A DNA stretch of 64,000 bases, from assembly GCA_000934665.2 (NCBI GenBank), contig KZ538385.1:62001-126000 (forward strand), given 5' to 3'. Within the stretch, counting starts at the first letter, position 1. Each line of letters starts with the position of its first letter. Positions 1 to 13,934 of the stretch are shown here, piece by piece. The notes below the pieces were generated by a model, which saw nothing but the letters and a program-made list of their open reading frames with translations, searched no databases and was not told the DNA's origin. A program made the translations under genes and the position numbers. Source of the DNA: Catajapyx aquilonaris. Taxonomy: Eukaryota.

Positions 1-3000
1 CATCGCTCCTGTTTGAAAAAAAGCAACTCCTAATCAAAACTGCAAAAATGTGTCGGACTGATCATTGTTGGCTCGTTCTGCCGTTGTCGAAATCCAAACA
101 AACCCCGCGTATCTGCCGTCTACAGTATTGCGAAGAGCTTGAGCATAGCCGCAGCCTAAATAGTCCGGGCGACACGGGCTGGAAACCTATAAGTCTCTAT
201 CCGGGGGAATCCCGGGCAAGGTTTGCGAGTGAGTGTGCAGCAGCCAGTAGGACCCGGGCACAAATCCGGGTGTTCCATTATGGGAAATTAGCTTCCGTGC
301 GGCTTGTTCGTCCCCCCCCCTCTCCGCCCAGCATCCCTCAAAAAAACGAGATCCGGGGGTGATGAGTCCGCGGATGCCGGCGCCGGAACATTACTAATCC
401 ATTATTATAATAATACGGGGGGGCCGCCCGGAGAAGCCCCGATGCCGCCTACCCCCCCGGTCCACACTCTCCCCCGAGGACTTTTTATAGCTTATTAGCA
501 CCAGACCCGAAAGACATAACTTTTGGCCGTCCCGAGGTCAGGTCCGTGCATCGTATTCATAACTACGGGAGCCTGGTGGCTTTTGTCTGCTGCCAACCTA
601 CGTTTATGACCCTCCCTGTACCTGCAAGCAGATAAAGTGTGGTGCTTCACCATTGAATTTGGACTTCACGTGAGGAGGACAAAACGCGCCCAATTGCTGC
701 GGCGGCACCGTCTTTGAGTGGTGCTAACAGTCACCTAGTTCTGGCAACCCTGATGAATCATGGCGGTCCAAATGGGTTCAGCTTCTTAAGAAGCGCGTGC
801 TTTTTTTTTCTCATCTCAACTTTTTTTCCCCCCTCCCAACGTTTCCTTATCGTACCAAAGAGGGTTGAACGTCGCCGACTTGATGGGACTCGCTTTGTCA
901 CCTCGCACTTTTCTTTAGTGACGTTAGTTTTCAGCCACTTCACACTTTCCTAAATCTGTCGGTACAGAGTTCCATAATTCAGTCTGGAGGAGAGAGAGAG
1001 GCCCTCGTTTTGATCACGGAGGATGGTTGCAGCAGGAGCAATGAGGTGGAATTTACTAAAGGGCTGGGAATTTTCTGATGACAACAGCACTGGCGGTCAT
1101 GACGGTTGAATAGCTGTTTATGGACTGCAAATGACTTGCATGTTTTTTTATTTCAAAAGAGCGGTGGGAACGAATGTTGTATGCAGTTGGTGCGAATCAC
1201 TGTCTGTAGCATGGACACAGAAAGTAAGGTAATTGCCTTGTGAATTTATGCAGCATGCCGTAATTTTTTTTTGTCAAAAAAATTGTTGCCTTTGACAGTA
1301 TTTTGCGTGTGTGTAGGATGTATAACCGCACCTGCCTTTTTTAAAATAAAAAAAGTTTCTAAGCGGCTTCCTCTTTTTAACCATGCCAAAGGCGAAATCG
1401 CCAACTGCAAAGTGGCTTAGGCAAAATAGCATCATATCGCGTTACCCTCTCCATCAGGCTTGTTGTGATTTCGCGATGGAGGATGGAAAATAATGCGGAT
1501 CTGTCTGCAGAGTCATATCAAGCTCGGAGGGATATGACTACAGGCTACACGCAAACGGGGGGTCGGCAGAGGTAAACAGCCTGTTGTAAAATTAATGCAT
1601 AATGGCTCCTCCTACAGAAAAAAAATCCCCTTCATTTTTTTAGCCCTCCCCCATCTTAGCCTGGGACTTAATTATTCTCCCTGGCTCCTTCAGCGAGAAT
1701 CTCATTACCGGGAGTGAGCTTCCGGTTTTCGGAAAGTTTGTGAAATTTCCGTTTCGGATGGGGGACGCAGAATCTGCGCCGTGGTGTATCCCCAGATATA
1801 TCTGCGAGAGAGGGATGTTGCTCATTTCGGGGGGATGTTGTTGACGGAAACTGCCGGGGATTTCTAAGAATAAACCGTTCCTCCCCAAAGCCGCCTTTGA
1901 CAACTTGTTTGTGCCACCCCCTCCTCCTCTTGTAACACCCACCTCTGACCTCTTGAACCGACGTTCCTTAGCCCAAGTTGGACCATCTCCTCCCACATCT
2001 GAAAATTATCCCCAGGTTGCATCATCCGCTCCCGAGAGAAAAGCTCCACAAAAGCCAATGTAAACGAGGAGTCGTCAAGGCAACTGTTTGGGAGGCCCCT
2101 TTTAACCAGGTAGGTTTCGAAGTAACTGCGGATGGAGGCTTTCAAAAGCGACGGTCACCTGGCTAACGAGGGTTTTGTCGGAATGCCCTCCTCCTCCATT
2201 CCCATCCAGTTTGCCACCAAAAAAAGTTTTTTTGGGGGGGAGAGTGGGTGGGGGTAGATCGATCCGTATGACGCAGACTGGCGGTTTCGGCGGCTTGATT
2301 TGGTGGCTGGCAATCGGCGGCCAAAACTTCAAGTCGTGCCCTAGAGATACGGCCTGTTGCCTGGGAACCAATTATTTCCTGCCTGCCTTCTACTCCTATA
2401 TACCTTCCGTCCGATTGCGAAAGGCCGAGGCCTAGAGTTAGGGAGTAGGCGAGGATTGTCAATTATATTCAGATTAGTACAGCCTGTATATGCCGGATAG
2501 GCCCGAGCAAAAGCTCGTCGAGTTGTAAGTAGGGATTTGCGAATTTGGAGTAGGGATAAGGCAGGAACATGCGAATGCAGTTAACTCTATGGTTCTGCGG
2601 TTAATAACGGACTAGATAACTCTGTCTATAGTTTCTAGGGTCCTTATTGAGCCTTGGTTATTATTTTTGCTCCTTACCTATATCATGAACGCTTATCAAC
2701 TTCCTGCACTTGCTTGTAAGTGCAGTGTTTTAATAATTGAAGTACTCGGGGATTATTATATTTTTGAACCAAGCCGATTAATTTTAAGCAGTACATGGGA
2801 ATACTGTATAGTTGATTTTAAGTGCCATCCAAATTATCTCCATGTTAAACCACTGCATATGCGCCATTTCCTATATTATACTCGTACTTGCATGTATAAT
2901 TTTATACATTCCTATTTATCCCTTTTTCACCTATACAGTATAGAACTACACTCATATTCACCCATGTGTATTTCGATACACTTGTCTGTTCATTTCTTAC

Positions 3001-4236
3001 ATTGCGATACTTCTCTGTACATTACAGTATTTTTCAATTAATTCCTTTATATTTTTATGCCTTTCCGTTTGCTCCTATATACATTTGTACTGTACACTGG
3101 ATTTCCGTCAATAAATTTTTACACCGATTTCTTTACACCTACTGTTCTGTATACAGGGCATTGTCCAAATGCGACTTTCAAGATATGGTTTTATGGAAGA
3201 TGTTGGAGATTGTTTTCTCCGGAAACCAATTTAAATTGTTCGCTGCTTTTTTTTTGAACAATGAGTCTCTTATTCATTACTGATTATTATTGCTTCTCTT
3301 TAAACCGGTTGTTGGTGCGAACTTTTTCTTAACCATTTCCTAATATGTTCAAGAGGTAGAATCACCCATTAGGCACGAGGAACGCGGATTTGACCACGCC
3401 AGCGATGGGTTCACATTCCGCTAGGTGACATCAAGTGACAAGTGACGGTGTTTCACCCAAACCGCAGGGCTCATATAACATGTCAAAGTCGATATTCATG
3501 GCACATGGACCATTCCCTAAGATTTGGAGGGTAGAGGGGGGAAGAATGGGGATATCGATTTCCGTTGACATCCCCTACAAGTGGGATGAATGTCTCAATT
3601 GGTCATGCCCAGAGAAACGTAGAATTGCGTACAGTAACAGTTTTATTTCACTTGAGAGGAAAAGGGGAGGGGGAAAAAAAGCGAAACGGATCGTACTGGG
3701 CCTCCCGTAATTGGCTGAGGTACTTTGGGTTTAAGAGAGCCGCATTATACCGGAATGAACGTGAAATAGACGTTAGGGTGGAAGACTCTTCAAGGAAGTT
3801 GCTATGGAGACCAATCAAATGGCTGGAATCTTTACTCTGTCACATTGAAGTAATTAACTGCAACTTCGTCATAAGTAGTTTCAATTAAAACTTCTCAGCC
3901 CGCCTCTCATTTGCATCTGAAATTGCAGCCGGCATTTTTTTTTGAAGGACCCCCCAAAAAATGTAATTCTAGAAGGGATTGAAGGAAAATGCAAACACGA
4001 CGATTTGCAATTACAGCTTGGCATTTGCATGTCGGGAGATGTGCTTGTTTTGTTCGCAATTTTATAGCAATGAATTGAGCCACCAAACCGGCTTGTGACT
4101 AACCACCGATTTGTAGAGGGGAAGTGTCCCTATCCGGGCGATAAGCAAATAACGAGGGGTTGGCTTCCCCCCCTAGCAATGACCCTTGGCCATGAAATTC
4201 CAATCAATGCCATACACTCCCCAACCATTTACGAAT

Positions 4237-4240
<4 letters not shown>

Positions 4241-4272
<32 letters not shown>

Positions 4273-4279
4273 NCTCTCT

Positions 4280-4310
<31 letters not shown>
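4241..4310. repeat. (CT)n microsatellite
   Basis: ~70 bp CT repeat with an N at 4273. Confidence 0.95.
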
Positions 4311-4311
<1 letters not shown>

Positions 4312-7300
4312 CCCTTGCGAAATAAGATTCGTATCTGTATCTAATCGAGGCAATTTGTTCTGGCGGATCTCTCCCTGTTAGCAAAGTGCAGCTCGTTCAC
4401 AACCAACCCTACCAGCAGCCCCCTCCTCTTCTTTCTAAGGCAGCTCAATTTCGTTAAAGGTCGGCGACTGCAGCATTATGCTAATGACCGGCCATTTTCT
4501 TTCTCTTCCACCCCCCACTCCCCATAGCATTCAAAGGAAAATCTATAACGATATGTAGATCAGCGGGCTAAAGATGTTCTGCTTGGAGAGAAAGCCGCTC
4601 TTCTCTTTTTTTTCTGTCTCTTCCCTATATAGGAGCTTCCTTGGGTGCCGCTTTCGATCATCCGATTAAGACCCCCGGAATTTCTTTAACCGCCATTTTT
4701 TTATGGCTCAAACTCACCGGCGCATTATGAAGACGGCTTTAGTCGATTTATTTTGAGCATGTCAGCCATAATGATGTCATTTCGGGTCATTTTTGGCTCC
4801 CTAATGAACGCTTTAAGGGGGCTGGGTATAGAGGATTCTTTTTTATTGGGTATGACAGGGAGTGTCGGAACATGTTAAAGGTGGGTTCAAACTACATAGG
4901 TTGGTACAGATTGTTAGCAGGATGTAGAGTGCTGATTGGCTAATGGTACCGTTTTGAACGTACGATACCGTCATCAGCATCACACGCTCTAAAAAATATT
5001 TCACACTGTAAGGGGATTTTTGGAAGAAACATTCCTTGGCAAACACTATATTCATCTATCAATTGAGTAAAGGATGTCTGCCATTATAGATGTCGGCACG
5101 TATCGCGATAAATTTTACTGAGCTTGTTGCTAATATTAGATGAAAAAGTGAAGCTCACAGTTTTCCCCTAATTAGATCCCAAACTGAGAAATCTATGAAT
5201 CCTCTTTTGCATTTTTTTTTCAGCTTCAAATTGACAGAAAGTCTTATAGGAGCAGTGCAGTACTGTTATGGCCTATAATTTTTTTTCTGACAATTTCACT
5301 AAAATTATTGCGATCCGTGCTGTCACCGGTCATGGAAGACATCCTTGGACTCATATCGAGTGAAAAATGACTAAATATAAAAATCTAATTTTAAGGAGAA
5401 CTTGAATGAAAATTACTCAAATTTAGCCTGAAATTGAGAATTCAGCAGAGTTCATGACCAGATCCAATTGCGCTTTTCACTGCTGTGAATTGTTGAATCG
5501 CCAATTACTAACAATGAAATTATGATAAAGCTGTATAATACGAACTATAGACTATCTGATATTTCAATATGTGCTACTATAGACTGCGGAACTGTAAAAC
5601 AATGGTCTTACGTACAGAGCGTTCATTGTGTCCACTCCAGCGGTTAATTTTTTCCGTCGTAGCGGAAAGGGTTGTAATAATTTCGGCAAAGCCCTGGTTT
5701 CGACCAGGAGTGAAGATTAGCGCCGATATGATTATCATTGATGAATTCTACATCGCTCACATTTTTTTTTTTGTTTTAATTTCGCACACTCCCGTGCAAC
5801 TGGGTCTGGAAAATTTACAATGCAATTTTGCTCTCGTATTAGAAAGCTGTAATAATGCTAATGAGGGATTATTTCTCCTCTGGATCTCGATACGCGTTCC
5901 AAAATTACACAAAAGGTTTCCAAATCTGCGCCATAAAGCGTATAAAACTCCTGTGAATAGGGGTCCATTACTCAGACGTGAACGACATAAAGGGCAAGTA
6001 AATCAAAACCGGCCTCCCTTTATGAGTACTGCAGAGTCGAAGCTGAAAGAAAAACGAGCGGACAACGAAATGTATTCCGGCCTCCAGGCTCTGTACCTTT
6101 ATTTTTTATTCGGGTCGTACTTGCACATAACCGTTGATGAACTGCATATGATTTCTCAGACTACTATGATATTGCAGCAAACTTGTCTCCGCCGAAAAAA
6201 AAGACGTGCGTAATATGCATGTAGGGGACATCCTTGTTAAAAAATGCAGCCTGCATTTTTTGCGTTCCGTTATAAAGATGAGGACCAGAAGAGAACGGGG
6301 GGGGGGGGGGGNAGTATGCGATATAAAACGCACCCGGTGCATATTCCGGACCCTTCCTGAGGCAATAAAGTGGAAGAAAAAAATATATATATAAAAGGGA
6401 AAGGTTTGGACTCGAATTTTTAGCCGACAGGTTCCTATGGTTTGGAACCGGGGCTATGAGACATGAATATATTCCGGACCACTTGTTCCGGGTATGGGTG
6501 TCGGGTGCGGGGGAGAATTTCACCCTTTATTGTATTACGATTTTTTAATCCTCTTTCATAGTACGAGGGCATAAAACACAACCCGGTTTTTTTCTGCAAA
6601 ATATGTTGGCAGTGTCAGGTAATTTACATCATTAGCACATGCTGCTTACTGGGTATGTCAGTTCGGCTTTCACGTGGCGGGGGGACAGTGTGGTGGACAG
6701 TTTTCATGTTTTGTAATAATATTGCACCCTGATATTTGGCTGGCCATGGAGGGATGAATGGGGTCGTTATTGCGGTGGTACAACACTGATTAAACGTGTC
6801 CTGCAATTTTAAGGTTGGTCAGTTCCCGGCTGCACTACCGGGTGTTTCAATAAAATATGGACCTTGTGAGTACAACCTTCGAAGCAAAACCCCATGCTAT
6901 AAGTCCGACCCCTTCCTCCACGACATATGGGACGTAATAATGAGTGGCGTCACATTCATGATTAGCCAGTTGGCAGCCATGATGTCACCAATTTGGTAAC
7001 CCCATTTTGTATACTGCCAGGGGGTCCAGTGGATGTGACTGGCGAGAAATTGGGAATTGTTCGCTAATTGTCGCGTTGAACGGGCTCTAGTTACACAGCA
7101 GCTGTAATCTGACTTGGGCAGCACTGACGTCACTAACCCTTAATTGTTAGTTACATTGTTATTGTGATGGCAGTATTCAATATACAGTACATTTTGAGCC
7201 GGATTATTTTTCGTCAATGGGCAGTGTCTGTACCTACATTTTCGCTAGTAGGCTGCTGTTGCCGATATCTGACATGGTTCCGACGCCTATGCAAAATAGC

Positions 7301-10300
7301 GTCAATATAGATAGCCAATCGCTTCAGTGCAAATGGGTTGGGAAGGCCAATCACCGAAGCGATTGGCAACGGCAACTATTATTACCTTTGGGACATCCTG
7401 TATAGATTGGGATCCGCCACCACAAATTTGCCCTCGTGTCTCATCAAAACTTTTTTTTTTTTCGGTGTGGTCCCCATCCACTCCCCGTCAAAGATTGGAT
7501 GAGTTAACGAGTTTCAATCAACTTGTGGCCGGCATAATGATTCCGGCGGGTTAGAGCGCACCATCCGTGAGATATACGCTGGGGGCCGATTATTTACATG
7601 GAGGCCATCCCCCATCAGCTTATCAAAGTCCGTGGACTTGGGAGGACATGTTGCGTGGATTTTTCTTTTCGCAGGAATTAGCCCGGGTTGTAATTAGATC
7701 GAATTGGATAAGAGACATCTTGGGCCCCGGTTTTTAATCCCAGCAGACAGGCCTGAATTGTAAATGGTGGGTGATCTGTGGAGCTGCTTATTTTCTGGGA
7801 TAAGTGTGATGGACAGTTCCAGCCTCCTGACTCCCTCGGCCTTTTAAAAAAAAGAAGAGAAAAATCATCCAGTATGCAAAATGTCTGAACTGCGTCTCTC
7901 CCGGGCATGGCTTATCTCAAAGGCTGTAAAAGATGCGGATAATGCAGACGGGGGGCCGCCTGGCAAAAAGTTTTGCAGTGGAGCCAATCGTAAAACATGT
8001 GGAAGTGCAGTTGTGCAGCGGGCGTAATAAGGCGGGGTGGCTGCAAAACGAGGGATAATTACAAGGAAGTTCCGGACCCGACCGACGACTCTGCTTAGCT
8101 TTATCCCTCTCTCGGATTTTTTTTTTTTTTAAACTCGGGGGATGGAGCGTAATTAACAGCAAAAGTACTGTTAGTGCGAGTATGTTTTAGAATGCACGGG
8201 AGTGCTGGGTGATTGAAGTGAAAAAAAAGAGGGGCCTGTAGTCGTGCATGTGGCTTACAGTCGCTTTAGAGCAGGCTCGGAGGTTACGTCACGTGGTTGT
8301 GTGAATGCACCCGCAGAGACCAGCCAAAACGTGCGTTGGAAACAAATTCACATGTATATAGAATTGGCATCTGTCCACGGTGAGTCATCAGTATAGCAGT
8401 GAGACATTTTGTTACACCCTGTGTTTGAAGCGGATGAGAATTTTCAGGTAGCAGATCCTTCACACTTCATAACAATATTTTTTTTTTTCCGCTTCCAGCA
8501 CGCTGCTGTATATTCCTGCCAAACCGGACACTTCTGCATGGTGCGAGTGCATCCCAAAAGGCTCATCCATCACATTCGCAAACTGCTAGTTTAACCCACC
8601 TCTACCGAGGGCGGGCTTCAAAACAAGGCGGAACCAATCGGGAAAACACAACAACGGTTAGTGTACTCGCTCACTGCAAATATACGAGTGACGCTTGGGA
8701 GTTGGCTGCATCAGGATCCAAGTAAAGCATCCGAGGCTATGGAGAGAAAATATAGGCTGCATAACCTGGATTATTGCGGATTTTGCCAAGGTGTCAAAAC
8801 AAGTGTACCAATTTACTAAGTAAGCAATATGTATGGGCTTATCAGTATTCCGATGCATCTTAGAACAGTAAGCCTAGTTGCATTACTTGTGTGTAGTTAA
8901 CTACCATTACGGTTTACTCCGGGAGCTAATAGGATTGCAGTACAGCCAATGGTTTTTTTATCGGGATTTACGGAGCATCCCCCCAGTATTTGGTATGTAT
9001 TGGCTACTTCTCACCCGGCTTGAAACACTGTTGCGCCGCTATTGATCCGGCGTAATTCTAGTGTAACACCTCAATTTTAACGGCGACTTGAGTCTGGCTG
9101 CGAATGCCAGGCGTTCACCTGGCAACTGCCAGCCCATTCTCTCTCACCCGTTTGCACTTGTGTAGTTTGAATATCGAGCAGGAAGGGTTTGCGTGATATA
9201 CTATGTATAGATGCGCATGAGAATGGGGGCAAGTGTTGGGGATATGTTAGCTCCAAGCACCTTTCCGGTTGGAGGTCCAGTTCCATGCAGCTGCATTAAT
9301 TAGCTGTAGAGGCTGAATTCATTATTGCATGTTCATAGTCCTTGCTCCTCATTCAACAACTTTCCAATTTGAGATCCATAGCTCGGTTTTTAAAAGCACA
9401 ATATTTGCAGTGTAGGGAATAGTTTGCAGACAAATCTGGTCTATCCTTTGATCCGGATTTTTTTTTACGAGGGGGAAAAAAGAGAGGGGGGGATGACCCT
9501 CAGGGAATACCGTATGAGGTCACGTCTCCCTATAAATATTCCTCAAGTTCACTCCCAGCAGATCATCCTTTGGACCGCCATCATCCTCAAACCCGCCCCT
9601 TAATCTGGATCATTGGCATTTACATTTTACAAGAGCCCAACTCCCCAACACTTTCCCAGGGCCCATGGACTCCCGAAAATTCTCTTTCGCCATCCCCCCC
9701 ACCCCTTCTCTGAAAGTGAATTAGAAAACGGGGGAGAATGCAAATATGGCGAGGTAATAAAGCGCTCCCGGAGTTTGTGTCCTCGCCCAGCAGTTTTTAT
9801 TACTTTTGGGAAAAGCGCGGGAGGGATGGGGGTCGAGTAATGCTGGTGGACATTGTAGAGTTAATTTTCACGTAACCCGGTAATGCAACTTGAGGGGGGT
9901 GGTGTGTTGTTTACCTTGCCAAGTGTGCGACTTTGCGAGAGGGGTAAACAGGGGAAGGGTTCCTTGCCCTGAAGTGATAAGAGCTGTGTGCCTTTCCGGA
10001 GGAGCGAGGTCAATCCGGATCGTGTTGCGGGGTCGAAACCGCGATTAAAAGGTGGTCTGGGCCTGTCTTCGAAGTTTGGAGGGGGGGGGGGGGNCGAGGA
10101 GACTAATGGCGGGAGAGGGCTTTTCCGGAGAAGTATTTTCATTGGCTTATTGCAGCTCCCGGAAAAGGGGCATTGATTGAGCCAATGACCTGGAACGGAA
10201 TTTTGGGAGGACAGAGAGAGCGGTTTTCATAATGCTGGAGTTTTGCACAATTTTAGTCTTGAAGAGAGATTTTTTTTTTTTTTTTTTTGCATCATCTTCC

Positions 10301-12545
10301 TTTGTAGTCTTATTATCGCTGATTGGAATCGTTTGTGCGATTGTCGCCTGAAGGATGAAACGTGTCTTATTGGGAGGAAAGAAGAAACTTATCGACAGCT
10401 AACGTGTAGTACAGCATGAAGTGAAATTTTAATTACTGCGCGTTGTTGCAATGGCCAACAGTATATGAAGATTGCAAAATAATCGACTAAAATGAACGAA
10501 AATTCGAGAGCCAGTGCACACACACCTTTCGCACCGCATTGCTGATCTTATAACAATGTGCAGCTTCCAGAGCGTTGTAAACCCGAGATCCAGCCGAATT
10601 AGGTCACTATTCATGGCAAAGGTTGTTAGGCTGTAACCCTCTTTTATAGGGGCGAGCCAATCTCGTTGTTACTGGAGACTGCTGCATCAGAATCTGCCGA
10701 GCCACGGTAATGAGGGACATGGTTTTTGGATACGCACATGTCAGACCCCTGGAAAACCCCACCGGAGTAAATGATATCCCCGGATTTCGTTTCCACCTTC
10801 AGGGCCTGTTATACACGGCCCCAGTTGCAGGAATAAAACCAGCTTTTCCAATCGATACATTTAAAACTTAAAAATATATTATGCAATATTTGCGCGGGTT
10901 ACTTTACAGTTTACGCTACTTTGTAACACTAATTGGAGCATATATTACAAGGAGGAACTTGCAAGTTGTAGCTCTTGCTTATGGGGGGGGGGGGGGNGGG
11001 GGGGGGGAAGAGGCCTCCCATTTTCAAGGAGATCGATTAATTTAATTCCGTCCCCCTATTTTTGCACTCTCCCACTCCGGAGCTGGAGGATCACGTCTCC
11101 TTATACGCATCATCAGTTTTCCGGAGATCCTCTATCTGGTTCCAAGATCATTACGTCTAAATGAAGGAGCACACTTAAATTAGGAGGACTGCTCTTTTCG
11201 ACCTCTCCGAACTGACAACCAAGTGGGTTATTTTCTGCCATTCCATTCCTCTCCTTTCCAGGCCCCCCTGAAGCCGTTGCAGTCTTTCTTTTTTTCTCTC
11301 TCCAGGAGAAGCTTGATGGCGGGTTTTAATGACGCCGCCAGGACAATGTCGATTTATCACGTTATTCTGCCGCCTTTCCTTATTATTTTTCTTCTTCCCA
11401 ATCTCTCGAGTGTAAATGAGAAGGATGTTGCCCAGGGCCAGCGGACCGTCTAGTTTTTAACAGGATTGCGTCTAATGCAGTCTAATGTTTGGTGTCGACC
11501 GAGATGGAGTTTAGGGGAAAGCCTACCCGAACACATATATATGACTTGTTTTTTAATATTATTTTAATGCCGGCAAATTACCTGGGTATGTACAGTACGC
11601 AAAAAAATGAGTGTTAATTGGCATTTTCTTTCCAAAATCAGAATATCCCTAAGTACGTTTAAGTGAAGTACTGTATCACTCATCTCGCGGTAACCACATT
11701 CATCAGACTTGTTACGTTAAGGTGGCGGTATATTTGACTCCAAGCACCAGGGCCTTTGCCCACACCGTACCTCGCGAGAATGAACACAGCGGGGTTATCC
11801 CAGGGCGAATGCTGTCGCCGTGGAGATGTCATCTGTCTATCGGGAAAAAAGACCCAAAGTCAACTACAGCCCTATTTACTCTTTCGGTGTGTGCTCAGAA
11901 TGTTGCATCATAGGAACGATACTGTCCTCATGAAATTCGGATGTTTTAACAGTGTAGTGCAATATTAAAGCAGGGTTTGTGTGCAGAGCCGTTTCTTTTT
12001 AAAATATTAAGCTACTTTTTTTTGGCTAGCAGAAAAGCAGCTAAATAAGCTGGTGTGGATCACCCTCAGCTTTATAAGGTGCACCTTTATAAAAAAAATT
12101 ACAAAACACGAGCCTGTCGACGTACAGTACAGTTATAAATTGTCCGGTTCAAAGACCAACCTCCAACGCTGCTGATGTCTGAGAAAAATCAATATGAAAT
12201 CACAATGACAACCCGGACTAACAATTTGTCAACACTGAGGTCACTCGATGGCGCCAATGAACCACCCCAGTAAAGTGCCCAGCGGTTGAAGGGGAGAGAG
12301 AAAAATCCAGGGGGGGTTGGTAATCTGCATTGTCGAGATGTAAATCCGTAAACGTTGGTTTTGAGCCAGTGGGTTCCATCAGGGTTATTTTTTTTAGAGG
12401 TTTTAATTCCTAGGTTGGAGGGGAGCTAATCGTTGACAGGCGTGAAATGACGTCATTGGTCCTCTAGCAATATTGATAGTGACTCACTGCTCGTGCACTC
12501 GACGTTTTGAATAACATTATTTGAACGATTTCGATTACACTGCAG

Positions 12546-12698
12546 CAAGGGTCGAAATATTCGGATGCAAAGGTGCCAGATGTCCACTCCAGTTGGTTAT
12601 GATTTTTGACACGACTAAGCCCAATAATTAAAAATTAAGCACTCCAACGTCTGGAGTACACTTTTCACCTGGACAAAAAATTTAAGATTCGGCCCCTG
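12546..12698. mobile_element. Short TIR element, copy 1 (CAGGGG-type ends, hAT-like MITE)
   Basis: Ends CAAGGGTCGAAAT ... ATTCGGCCCCTG. Shares GGGTCGAAATATTCGGATGCAAA, AATTAAAA and ACCTGGAC blocks with the copy at 13770. Confidence 0.6.
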
Positions 12699-13769
12699 CA
12701 CTTTTTGGACCAGAAATAAATTTGTGCATTACTATTACGGTCTCTAGGCAGAATCCACGTATAGATTTTATTCCTCCTGAGATTTTTGACCCGGTCGACT
12801 GCACTCAAGCGCAGAGAAGGGCATAAGTGGAGGCGTGTTGGAGGGAAAAGAGAGACAGACCCATCGGCACTGGAGACAGAAAAATGACCCCCTGGGACGA
12901 ACAGAGGGGGCAGTTTTTGGGGTGCAAGAAGTGGGGGCCTCAGCTGGATCCAAGAGGTCGTTTTGGTAGGGGGGTTCTGCGGTGTGTGTGCGACCCCCAG
13001 CCAGAATAAAACGAGTGGGAGGGGTCGAATTAAATTGAAATTTATTTCTCATGCTATAGGGGTGTGTGTTTGTTCAGGAGGGGATTGTATGTGTGTAGAG
13101 TGGGTGGGTTGAGAGTGGGGTGCAGATCAATGCCAAGTAAAGGGAGGGATGTGGACCAGGCAATATTGGGAACATCCTCGGGCGTCCCCCCTTCCCAATA
13201 AGCCTCTGGAAGGCTTTACGGCTGGTTCCGGTGAAAAGGGACTCTCTCCGGGACGACTGCGCATTCAAGGTTTCTCCCGGATTTTGGGAGGCTCACAACT
13301 ACAGTATGCAACTGGAGAGGAGGATTCTCTTAGGGCAAACTGCACGCGAGTTTATATCTTTGTTCTGTGCTACTCGCTTTTTTATATTTTTTTAAAGGGC
13401 GGACTTCAGGGCTCGCTTTGTTTGAGGGCGATGCTGGACTAGCAAGGGTTCGTTTTATTTTAATTGTGCCGAGCTCCTTTTTCTTCCGAGGCTGATAGGA
13501 TGGCCCTCAGCAGGGGCGGGGGAATTCGATATGGCGGAGTTAAGCTGATGGGACGCGTGATCAAATGGGCTGCCTGCGTAACAGGTTCGGGAAATCACCC
13601 TGTGACTGTGTTTTAAACGGAGGTTGTACATGATGAGATATAGTGACAGATAAGAAAGTAATATCATGTTAGAGACGTCATCTATGTAGTCAACTAAAGT
13701 TTCGGACATGGGTCATGGTGCTATAATCTGATTTTTAAAAACGTTTGGACCTTCGTTGTCATTATATAC

Positions 13770-13934
13770 CCGGGGTCGAAATATTCGGATGCAAATGTCC
13801 AAAATTGTCACGTACACTCCAAACTGAACCTGATCCTGATTTTTTTTTTACATAGTTTAACACAGTAATTAAAATTTAAACACTACATGTCAGAAATTTG
13901 CGACCTGGACCAAAATTTTAAAATTCGACCCCTG
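13770..13934. mobile_element. Short TIR element, copy 2 (same family as 12546-12698)
   Basis: Ends CCGGGGTCGAAAT ... ATTCGACCCCTG; collinear similarity to 12546-12698. Confidence 0.6.

Noticed and set aside
5569..6213. 214-aa ORF
   Set aside because: No recognisable domain, runs through homopolymer T and A tracts, no splice or codon support.
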